64,000 nt of DNA from Catajapyx aquilonaris (Eukaryota), in assembly GCA_000934665.2 (NCBI GenBank), contig KZ538392.1, positions 1 to 64,000 on the forward strand, read 5' to 3'. The first letter of the stretch is position 1. The number at the start of each line of letters is the position of its first letter. Positions 53,152 through 64,000 of this stretch are shown in pieces. The position numbers and the translations under genes were made by a program. Below the pieces are notes generated by a model. The model saw nothing but the letters and a program-made list of their open reading frames with translations, ran no database searches and had not been told where the DNA came from.

Positions 53152-56100
53152 TGTCACTGTATATCAATAACGGTGGGAGGTGGACTGTGTAAGTAGGAAA
53201 GTGCTCCAGGGGAGTGGATAAACACACCCCTCAGTTTATACAATAGCCAGATGAGTTGCGGATACCACTGACAGGTCATGAATGTCGGATTACTTTTTCG
53301 ACACTCCATTTATTTCAAGTAAATACTGGTATAATTTTTAAAAGCGGCATTCTCGTAACTGTTGAATATGCGATCATGCAGTCACTACCAGGATGAATGA
53401 CACGCTAAGCACTTGTAAACCGTTTATAAAAACAGCATAAGCAGCTTCAATAATAACTATTGGACTGACACGCCATTGCACTGTAGGGCCTACACAATTT
53501 ACAGTTCAATCGACAAATAAATTACAAGCGTGAGTTCAATACAACAGGAATATCAGATCTGCTTTGGGATGGGGTTGGGGACGGTAGATGGTTTTTTTCT
53601 CTTTAATACTTTTTGAATGGCTCGCTCAAAATACAAAATAAAACTGACAATTTAGCACAAAATGAGTATAAAAATAAGTCAAATCCCTTCAGTAATTATG
53701 GATCCAATATTGAGGAAATCGGGTTTAAATGCAGTTGCCCTGCTATCATACCCACCATGAATCAAGCCATAAGATCACGTCAGAGATGACCCAAATAAAT
53801 CACATTCACCACACTAGTTCAATATAAATAATCACCCATTTCCGTCCACCCTCCACATCCATGACACAAAAAAAACCCAGCAGTATTTAACCCAACTTTC
53901 CATCCCCCACCCCCGCATGTCTCCCCAAGCTTGACTGTTCCCTCGTAACATCGCATGGTTTATGTCTGTTGAAATAGGAAAGGACCCAATTCGAGTCACG
54001 TCACGTGAAGGAATTAAGCGTTATTAATAAAAAGTTACTCAGTCTAAATAATCTCAAGGGCAGAGGGGCACGTGCCGCTAAATCCCATAAGTTGGCTAAC
54101 CACAATTCCGAGTATAATTAATCTCGCCCTCCCCGTTCCGTCCCATGGCGAAGCCCTAGTCGTACTCTAATATGGCAGGGGATCTGAAAAATACCTGCCC
54201 TGCAAAAAGGGACTGAGGGGGAAAAAAAACCCACCCCGTCTCCCATGTCACAAATTCGTGCGCAAAAAAACCTCCACCCACGCAATTATCGGAGTATGAT
54301 TTATTCCATGCCACATTGTAATCGCGTCCGGTACATGGGACATGCCCGTCTGAAAAATAGTCCGTAATGGAGTGTGCGAGTTGCAGGTATGGAAACGAGA
54401 CCCACGGGACACACACACTACTGCTATGCTCAACTCCACTGCTCATAACTGCGAAGCGATGAATTCATTTCCTCCCATGGTACGGGGGTTGGAAGAGAAA
54501 ATAGGGAAGTAGAGGACTATAAATTTATAAAAAAAAGAAAAAAAACTTTAGTATTGCCTACTTTTCGGCAGACCAGTTCAAAGTATCCCTAGCTCCCACT
54601 CCGCATTTTTCCTTTCCCAGAACTCCTTTTGATCTCTTTTCCACACTCGAATAGGAATGGTGGGCTTGGCCATCTTTCTAACACGGACCATCAAAATGCA
54701 AAGCGTAGTCGAAAGACTCGATTGCAAAAGAAAAAAACAAAAAAAGGAGAGGAATAGCTGTTAATAATTAGCACGCTCACTGAAACACCGCCAAGAAAAT
54801 CGTACGAGTAAATATTGGAAATGTGGACAACCTGTACGATGAACAGGCGACAAACTTTCTCCTAAGTTATACAGTACCTACAGCCAGTTGTGTCAAGGCA
54901 CGACATCTCTCGCTTCAGTAACCGTCTAATGACACGGTGGCCTAATGTATAATCTGTGACCTTCCACAATGGCCACGACGGAAATTAAGCCATACATAAT
55001 GCTACAGTATTGGGGGCACTTGAAAGGTGTCAAAATAATAATTCGTTCGCGATCCCTACACATATGAATTTTTTTTTTAAATCGAGAATGGTCTAGACAC
55101 AAATTTTTCAATTGAAAGATAGAGCATCCACTGTCCTCTGTACTACGAATAGGATCATAACTAAATAATTCGTGGTCAAAATGTACATCTGTCCATATTC
55201 CAGGTCTTACACCATCAAAATTTTCAGGTATTCCCAACCATACACACAATTTTCAAGGCCCACTTGCAGTTCCAGCCAATCATCCTTACGCTCCATTAAT
55301 GCAGACGACACATAGGGTGCGTGATTTCCCCGCAACTATACCCGCACCAATTGGTCCATCAGCGATCAAACTACTGTGCAGTGGGGAGAGTAGGGGGAGG
55401 AGGGGGGGGGGGTCATGGGAGGATTCGCAATCATAACATTACTGCTCAATTTGTGTGTAATGAATGGGATGCAAACTGAACAGTTTAATATTTGCACGAG
55501 ATGAGTAAATTTGCGCACTACTCTCTCTCTCTCGCCTGCACTAGCCATGTAAAAGTTTCAAAAGGTTGCCGGGACAAAGCTCTGACACACTTCGCGGCAG
55601 TAATTCATAGAACAGTTCCAGCCTAACAAAGCACCATATATAGCGCATGGGACGTGTTGCACAAAAGTGTTTCACATTATGTGGACCCCCCCCCCCCCAA
55701 TGAGTGTACACAATGCGTATAAACCGACCTCACAGGTCGTCAGCAAATGAGTGACAACTGCCAACGGATCAACCGCAAACTACGCGCCAACGTTTGATAT
55801 GTCAACTACATGCAAAAATTATTATAGTGAAAATAGCGCGGCGCGAAAATATGTGCTAGCAAGTGGTAAGGGCAATGAAATTTCGCCTTACTTTGCTAAC
55901 GTCAAGTCGGAACCGTGTTGGCCCTACATTATTTACACACTGCAGTCGAGAGGCAGGAGTCGTGAAAAATTAGCCTAATATTCACAACGACTAATTCACA
56001 AAGTAAAAGGACATGGCCGAAAGCTCGGCCGAAAGCCTCTTGGAATGAGATACTCCTGTAAATGCTTTTTCAGATGTTACAAGCGTTTTTATACGTTAAA

Positions 56101-56530
56101 AAAACACGAGAGCTTTTTCTGCTAGGAAAAAAATCTACGAATACGCCCGAATACGCCCATTTGCCTCAAGTTACTGACAGTTTCATAAATATTCCCACTG
56201 GAATATATTACAAAATATTCAACTTGTACAAATTGGCGGTCCTCAGATATGACTTCTCATAATGTTCTGCAAATGCCCAACCGTCGGAATCATCCCAGAA
56301 GGGACATTGCTTGAGTTCATCCTCCCGGATTAATCTCAATTGCGAATTAAATAGTCCTAGTTAACTTCTGCCAGAAATGTCTTTAGATTACATGGTGCAC
56401 AGCTGAATGTTAATTAGCATCAATGTGTTCTATCATTGTGTTGGTTCTCAAAAAATTACTTCTGAAGGAATCCAAAATATGTTCTTTGACGTTAGGCTTA
56501 TTGTGTAAATATTTTATTTATATTTATTTA

Positions 56531-56745
56531 AGGTGAAGTGGGGTAAGTGCACACACGGGGTCAGTGCATATATTGTGCCGCCATATTGGAATGAAAATGG
56601 CTGACGAGACCAAAACGCGTCAGGCACTCTTTTGTGTAGCTGCACATAACATCCCCCGCGTTTTGGTGTCGTCAGCCATTTTCATTCCAATATGGCGGCA
56701 CAATATATGCACTTACCCCGTGTATGCACTTACCCCACTTCACCT
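56531..56745. mobile_element. Young TA-flanked MITE with 89-bp TIRs
   Basis: aggtgaagtggggtaagtgca...ccaaaacgcg matches the right arm at 86/89. TA at 56529-30 and 56746-47. Each TIR carries the subrepeat GGGGT(A/C)AGTGCA twice. Confidence 0.95.
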
Positions 56746-58550
56746 TATATAAGTTATATAATTATATATATCCAACTGCACCTCACAGCAGTTTTATCCT
56801 GACTCTCTAGTCAGCCACTGGCAATCCGTGAGCCACCTCTGTCCGCCTGGACAGTCGAACTCCCAGGATATAACCCCACCCTGAAAGAACAAAGGTGTCG
56901 TAAACCAATATGATGGAATCATGACCCCAACAATGACTACTACAAACGGCTGGCCCCGCTGATCGTTTGCAGCCATATTAACATTATGGAACCCCTTTCC
57001 TACACCCCTCCCCCTCAGGCTTCGGCATCTCTGGAAGAGCCGCCTCCCCAAGTTACGATGCCCGGTTCATAATTCCACCCGCGTCCCCTGAGCGTTCACC
57101 GGAAAATATGGTCACCCTCGACTTGCACCGAATAATTCCAACCCCACCACCCCCGATTACGCCGTTACTGCAATGACAATGCAGCCAGGTCACAAACAAG
57201 GTGCCGCATCTTCAGACGACATTCCACCACATTGGTCCGCAAGAACCCCACCTTCTGGAGGCCTAGAATGAAAAGCGAGATCGCCGTGTCGATTCGGGCA
57301 GATGCACCCTAAGTAAATGGAACTCCTCCGTCCCCCGATAGTGTCACTGTGAGCTCACCTCCTGCCAAGCCCCCTCCAGTTATAAATCCGATAGTTCCCG
57401 GTGGGGAACCTTACAAATCCACAGGCTGACAAAATGAATCCTGCCATGAGACACACACACAGTCGCTGATTATTTTGAACCGATTTCAGCCCAATTCGTA
57501 GGAAGAGTGGGCAAGGTCGATGTGCAAGGCTAATTAGAGGAGGGGGGGGAGGCTGCATTGCGCTCAATTAGCATGCACATGTAATTAACTTGGCGTGCCA
57601 AATGATCGCTGGCCAAACGCATGCAAGTTTGGTCGTAGTCCTGACTCACAATTAGTACCTCTGGCCCAACAGCCACAATAGAGACGTTGTTAGAAATCAG
57701 CCCCCCCCCCCTTTTTCCCCCTCCCTTCTCTAACTACACCCTGTCCTTATCCTCCATGCCAAAGACCATGGTTTATTACTTTCTGCGCCCATTTTTATCG
57801 CCAATTAAGCACACATCGATCAATATTTACTCAAAAAGGGTTGATTGCTGACGTCGTGCTTTAACGCAGGACATGACCTATAGGATTGAGTAAGACCCAT
57901 CATAGAGCGACTGACCTCTTAAGTTCAGACTGCGCACTTTCGTGCCAAACTCCATACTGTTCGGGAACCTGTTCGAGTGGCGTGCCAATTTGTAAAATAC
58001 GCCGGCATCAATCACGGTGAAATTACAAGCAATTACTGGGAATTTATGCTCTGGAATGTGTTTCCACTGTGGGGGGATCGTGTTTTCGTCAATAGCAGCC
58101 GTCCGGTAAACGTAATTAGAAATGTAACAGTGCAAAATTTCTCGATAAAGCTGAAGTATGCCCTGTGATTTTGGGGCTCAATCAACCGGGAACCTGACTG
58201 CACGTGGGTAAACACCTTTTTTTATCCAACTCTCTAGCCCGCTTCTTCCTGCGGTTATTTTGGGCTGAAACGTTATCCCTAATGCTCCTTTGACATCGCT
58301 GGTCTCTTTTCAGCCAGGCCTGCATGGCGTGGTACTGCACCGTTGACTGTTTCAACAAAATTGTTCAGCGAATATCTAACCACATAATTGGGCTCAGTTT
58401 CTACCTGATTGAATGCAACCAAGCTATTCAAGCTTTGGAACATCAGGATTGCAGCATGCCATAATGCATGCTGCGATGGCATTTAATCTATTTTTAAAAT
58501 GCTACCTGAAGTTTAAAATATCCGTTTTTTTTTTGTTTTTTTTGGAACAT

Positions 58551-58615
58551 GGGAGGTGGATCAGTAACGAACGCGCTCGGGGATAAAAAGGTCGTGGGTT
58601 CGATCCCAATCCCGG
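58551..58615 (+). mobile_element. Degenerate tRNA-derived SINE head or tRNA pseudogene
   Basis: A-box-like tggatcagtaa (58557-58567) and B-box ggttcgatccc (58597-58607) at Pol III spacing, preceded by aaggtcgtg. No complete cloverleaf. It follows a T-rich tract. Confidence 0.5.
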
Positions 58616-61600
58616 AATTTACTTTCTCATTCGTGCGGCATCAGAGTATCTCCGGCTTGGTCTTGGGTGGAAAATTCCCAATAGCTTCAAATCACCCATC
58701 CTTGGTGGTAACCATCGCCAAAAGCACCTTTAAGAAATGTCATCTCTCAGTAGCGTGCACTATATCATATTTTAAAATTATTTTGTTCAGTAATCCCCCC
58801 CCCCCACCCAACAGGATGACACAAGCACAATTTTCTTGAATATTACCTACCTCTGCTGGCCCCAAAATGCCGCAGTTTCCAACACCCTGCAGCAGCAAAT
58901 ATTTTGTAACCATACTGCCTACACTTAAGGCGTCTTGAGGCGTTTGTAATCGCGGCTTTCCTAGCCCAAAAAGCAAGATCCCTTGGGTTAATTGCACCGG
59001 AGCAAGCATCTTTCCCGACGCAATTGTGCGGATTATTGTCGACATCAAGATCGCAAGAACAGACAGTAATAGCGCTACACGCGACCATAACGAAGCCCCG
59101 TTCCCTAATGTCTACTGTCGTTTTACGGCCGATTGTCGTCCCGTAAACATGAATCGGGCGTGGAAAAGATGATACCATCAAAAAGCCCAAGTCGACTCGT
59201 GGATGCCAGTAGTCGTATCGGTAAAAGAGCTTAATTAACTGGTCGCAACGAGGTCTTCACATTGTCTAAACACTTTGACAACATCCTCACTTAAAGCCTC
59301 TTATTAGATTAACCTGTTCCATTAGTAATATTCCGTTAAATACGGGGAGGACGGCTGAATTATTCATTTACCGATAGCGGCTAATCAAGCCGGCTGCGCA
59401 GGTATTATCACAGACATAAATTACACATGACTCGGCGAAGGCAATGAATTGAAGGCGGGCGCCGCTGCTCGTCTTAGCCCGGCAAAAAAGCCGGAAAAAA
59501 AATCATGATCCTGAGCACCGGCTGCCTGCCTGACGTCCACATTTTATGGCCAACATGGTAACGCAAGACGGCTGCTAGCTTGCCTAGCCATTAAAATAAC
59601 ATTACAGGGACTGCCTGGATCCACTTACGACATAGCCCGCATGTATTAAGGCACGAGTACGGGCTCTTGACAAGGAGCCTTTTTGACTGCCACCGACCAA
59701 GTGGTGGGGACACTACACGACAGTGTCTTCATTATCCATCCAGAGTGAATTCTTTGGATCAAATTGTCCTGGGGAACGCATCACCGTGATGAAGTGCTCG
59801 TAAGGTACCTGGAGAGCTTTAGCACGGCCCATTCTGCAGTTACATAATACATCTGTCTCACGCGAAACCTGCGCCCATAAGGCGGCATAAAGCCCTAAAG
59901 CCATCCATTTAATTTTAATGTTGGGAAAAAATTAAAATGCAGTACTCCCCCCAAAAATTATTTAAAACACCCAAAATGCATAACAGAGAGCAATGTAATT
60001 CAGAAATGTAGATGAACAGCAGATACCCTAAAGCAGTGCATGAAACCAAGCTGCAACAGCACTGAAAGGTGTAGAAATAACGTTTCTGAGAGAAAGAGGA
60101 TTGTGGTTTGAGAGAGGGAATTTATAACAGACCTCAAGAAAGATTATATGGTCGACGTTAACTGATAAGAGCCGACGCAGACTGGATAAGCTGTGTATCC
60201 TTTGTAGCAGTCACATTATTAATGCCAGGTAAACACCTGATCACGTTGGTCGTGTGAATTTCACCGGATATAAATGCAAAAAAAATGTTAATTATATACA
60301 GCAGGTAGGCTACAAATTACCCTTATCCTCTCGGCAAAAAGTGAAGCGGTGGTCAGGTGTAGTCTATGTTTTTGTAAATTCAGTGCAGCCGAGTCCTTGA
60401 TATGGGTAGAGGGCAAGGAAAATAATGACCAGTCAGCCTATATTTATTCGCAACCACGTCCGAGTATACAGCTGACGGCTCACTTTCATCTGAATTGCTC
60501 TTGTAACAAGTATGAATCGCTGATTAATTCCAAATCACGCACAGTACAAGCAACCTCATCATTTATATTTCTCCACGCAGGCATATCAATTCCATAATAT
60601 AAGTAACACCCTTTTGCAGTCCTTGTGTCAGTGCCGGCGTTGACACTGTAGCATGATCAGTAATACGAAGGAGCTACAAAGCAAAAGAAAAACATTTCTA
60701 TAAAATTATGTTGGTTCCTTTCAGCCCACTAATTAGCAGTAGATGCTATCAACATATTTTTAAAAAATGCATATAATTAGGATTCCGGTAAGTACGAAGG
60801 GCCCTATATTTTTGTGCATTTTTATTTTACAAATATTTCCCCATTTCAGAATGAAGGCCTTCTACATGCCCCGCATTTTAAACTTAAATATTGCAAGCTG
60901 TTTCGCACCCACACCTGTTTCCTCCAGGCCCGATGAAAATACTGCTTTTGTGATCAGAAAAGAACAGGCGCATCAGTGAATAACTGTCTGGTCAGGAAGC
61001 CCCCTAACACCATGTGCACTTACCAAAAAAGGCTGGAGGAAAAAAAAAAAAACATGCTTCCGTCCTGGGCCTAGCACGCACCATAGTGGTGGAGGATGGC
61101 GCATACGTTAGGATATTCGCCTCATTATCCTGACATTGTCGGCCTCCCTACTCTCAGCGTCGTGGTAAATGGGGCCTTGCCAGGAGTGGGCAGTAAATTC
61201 CCCCCAATAAGCAATCAAGGCTTGCCCAATTCTCCGGTTCCTTTTGCAACGCCCTCCCCCTCTACCTCAACCCCCATCCACCACTTCCCTCAAGACTCCG
61301 GAGAGAACATTGTGCCTGCCCTCAATACACTCCCCATAATTTCCGCTCCCCACTTCCATCCTCCTCCCTCCTCAACGGGGATTTCCGACTTTCCATGTGA
61401 ACAGACGGAAATGCTTGTAAGGTTGTAAAACAGGGCGTTAATTAAACCGGGCTCCTGGCTTCACCATAGGGGGGCCAAGTTGAGCAAATTGCCCTCCTAA
61501 AGAATCCCTCCCGCCAAAAAACACACTTCATGAGGGCTTCAAAACAGCAACTTACCCAACCACACAGTATATTTACTGGATTACAGCAATCTGTGGAATT

Positions 61601-64000
61601 CGTTAAGCATGACAATGAGCAACGTAATAACCTAAGTAATGTTATGGCTATACTAGGGTCTAGTTTCACTACTAGGTCCAGAGGAAGGGGAGAGGTCACG
61701 TTTAGGACTTTGGAGACTAGAATTTCATCTAGTTTTGGTACCTAAATTGCAGTTTTATGGATTTCCAGGTGCATCTGACCACTTGAAAATGTAGGGTTCA
61801 ATCAACATTTATTTCGGTATATTACATATATACGCAGGTGAAGCTCACCAAACAGCTTCACACTTGGTCCACGATCGTGCTGTCAAAAGAATAAACACAC
61901 TACTCTTTTTCGCCAGACAGTCACCCATTTGCTGTGCTATTTTAGTACAAGTAGCTCCTACTTATTTTATAACTTCCGACAGGATGCTTTTGTAAAACCC
62001 CAGCTTTAAACAGAAATAGGTGTAGCTCTTATAGGATCTATTTCATACTGGCCACTCTGAATGCAAGTGTACACCGACATTATGGCCTCAAATTTTCATC
62101 TCCCATATAAATGGCAGGATTATTTAAACATGTATTCGTCATAGTAACAAAAATATTTGCATCATTCTCGTGTTAATGACATTTGATAGAGTCAACCTCA
62201 AAAACCCGGTCAGTAGCTATAGTCATGTTGTTGAATCGAGCTCGAAAAATATTTCATAAAAACTGGATAAAAATTTGTTTTAAAAACCTTCAAATAATGT
62301 TTTCGTGTACGCTCATTACCCGATATAGGTGCACGGTGCGAAGCTATAGCTAACAATTCTCTATACTATGCTCATCGGTATTTTTACTTTATAAACCTGG
62401 CACGTAACCAGACTCGAGATTAAGGTACATACTGGCCTTTAACCCTTAACCTACAGAAAATTACAAGTCGCCACAATGTAAAGTTCCCTCCCATAACAAT
62501 CCCAGACGCGGCTTGGCCCCGACCACCAGCAACGTGCACCCCTAGAAATTGTCATCAAGCCAGCCCAACCAGCATACACTGTATACTTTTGACACTATCA
62601 TCCAGATGGAGTTGGCAAGCCCACAACAACGTCGCCATGAATGAAAACAACTTGCAAAACTCGATTTCGGCTAGAAATATTACACTGACCGCTTACAAGT
62701 TAAACCCTATTGCTATAGTAACCCCAAACGCTGGCGGCTTGCCTGTTGTCATCTGGGGAAAAAATTGGACCACGACTCGTAGGCTATACAAATTCCATTG
62801 CACTGCAGTTCAAAATGCGGGCCAAATCCCGGAGCATACACCGAACGTGCCTTCCGGGGCCGAAAGCTTAATGTGCACGTTGTATTGGAATGACAGACAG
62901 CGCAATACTCAATGGGGGGAAACATCATATCATATTGTCCTTTTCGTCTAGCTGAGCCCGACAATAGCATTATTCCACCAAAGTGGCTAACACTCATTAC
63001 CAGACCAATTATTTAGTGGGGGGAAAATGTAGAGGCCGGCTTCCAGTGTAGCATCAAAACAGTAATTAGTGTTCGGGAAGCAGGGGGAAAAATGGCTGCG
63101 TGTATGTGGTGGATGAATGATGGTCAACACATCGACAGGCGAAAAAGCGATTGATAAACTTCCCAAAACAAACTTCTCCTTCCCCCCAAACTACATATCT
63201 AATAGAGCCATTGTCGCCTCTAATTGCGCCGTAATATTTGCCTAACTACTTTTCCGACCACATTTTCTTTTTGATGTCATGAAGTTAACCTGAGTGCCTG
63301 ACATCAATACACAACGGACCCAGAATTGTTGCAGTACACCAATCTCCAGATTTTTAATCCGCTCCAGCCCCAAAGCGTCGCTTCAGATTCAAAACAATGT
63401 CGGTGGGATAATGATTTTAGTAACAAAACCCTGCACGGTACCATGCACTCTTTAGAAATGCCTCATTATAGCCTGGATCAACTGGCGCGACAAAACATGC
63501 ACCACGTCTTCGCATTAATGACATGAACAGGGTGGGTCAACAATTCACATCATAACAATACCAAAAGACGTAAACTGAAGGGCGCTACAAATCCAGCTAT
63601 GCAAATCAATGCGACTATCCCCATCCCCNCCCCAAATCTAAAAAAATTAGGTCGCATTGACCTAGACCACCGGAGAAAAGCAGCAGCCTCGCACACCACC
63701 CTAGAGGGCGTTTCCCCCAGGGCAATGATCGAAATCGATGGGGAGTGCTAGAGGAGACACAAAACACCCGGCCCTCCCCTACTACCTCCTCTCCCCACCC
63801 ATAAAAAAACCTGTCGGTTAGTTGGTAATCCTCCGGAGAAGGACTTGGCGGCCGTAATTACAACAACGCCATGCCGCTTTTGCCACGCTGCCTAATATTA
63901 ATTCCCGAGTATTTTGTACTTGCCGGCAGCAGCAGCAGCGGCGCCGGAATTTGCATGCAAATTTCGGCGTCCCTCCCCCTCCCACCCCACCCATGCCCTC

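Larger units (their letters stand above)
5130..64000 (-). other. Probable very large syntrophin intron or upstream non-coding region
   Basis: The exon at 4941-5129 starts with an acceptor and needs an upstream PDZ exon. I saw no GLGISIKGG, ISKIF or HDEAV-type coding sequence in the ORF track or by manual scan. Confidence 0.5.

Noticed and set aside
52946..53227. Poly-Leu membrane-like ORF
   Set aside because: Translation of the (TAG)n microsatellite.
1..64000. CRISPR array, operon, defence island or other prokaryotic system
   Set aside because: No regularly spaced repeats and negligible coding density. Spliceosomal introns, microsatellites and MITEs indicate an animal nuclear genome.

Overview
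This is eukaryotic (metazoan, probably arthropod) genomic DNA from a draft assembly, not prokaryotic sequence, so almost all of the supplied ORFs are chance open frames. The only coding sequence I can recognise is two phase-compatible minus-strand exons (4941-5129 and 519-754) of an alpha/beta-type syntrophin gene (Syn1-like). They cover the end of the PDZ domain, the second half of the split PH1 domain and the start of PH2. I could not find the upstream PH1a/PDZ exons by eye, so 5130-64000 is probably one very large intron or upstream non-coding DNA. The non-coding DNA holds about eleven fold-back or terminal-inverted-repeat elements (MITE-like, several families and ages, including four TA-flanked CAGGGTG-ended copies). 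It also holds two degenerate tRNA/SINE-like heads, microsatellites, many poly-C/G runs, two N gaps and a sharply bounded 23-bp motif that occurs twice. I found no evidence for a new multi-gene system. The most interesting leads are the repeated motif, the hairpins around the syntrophin exons and a possible MITE-derived poison exon.
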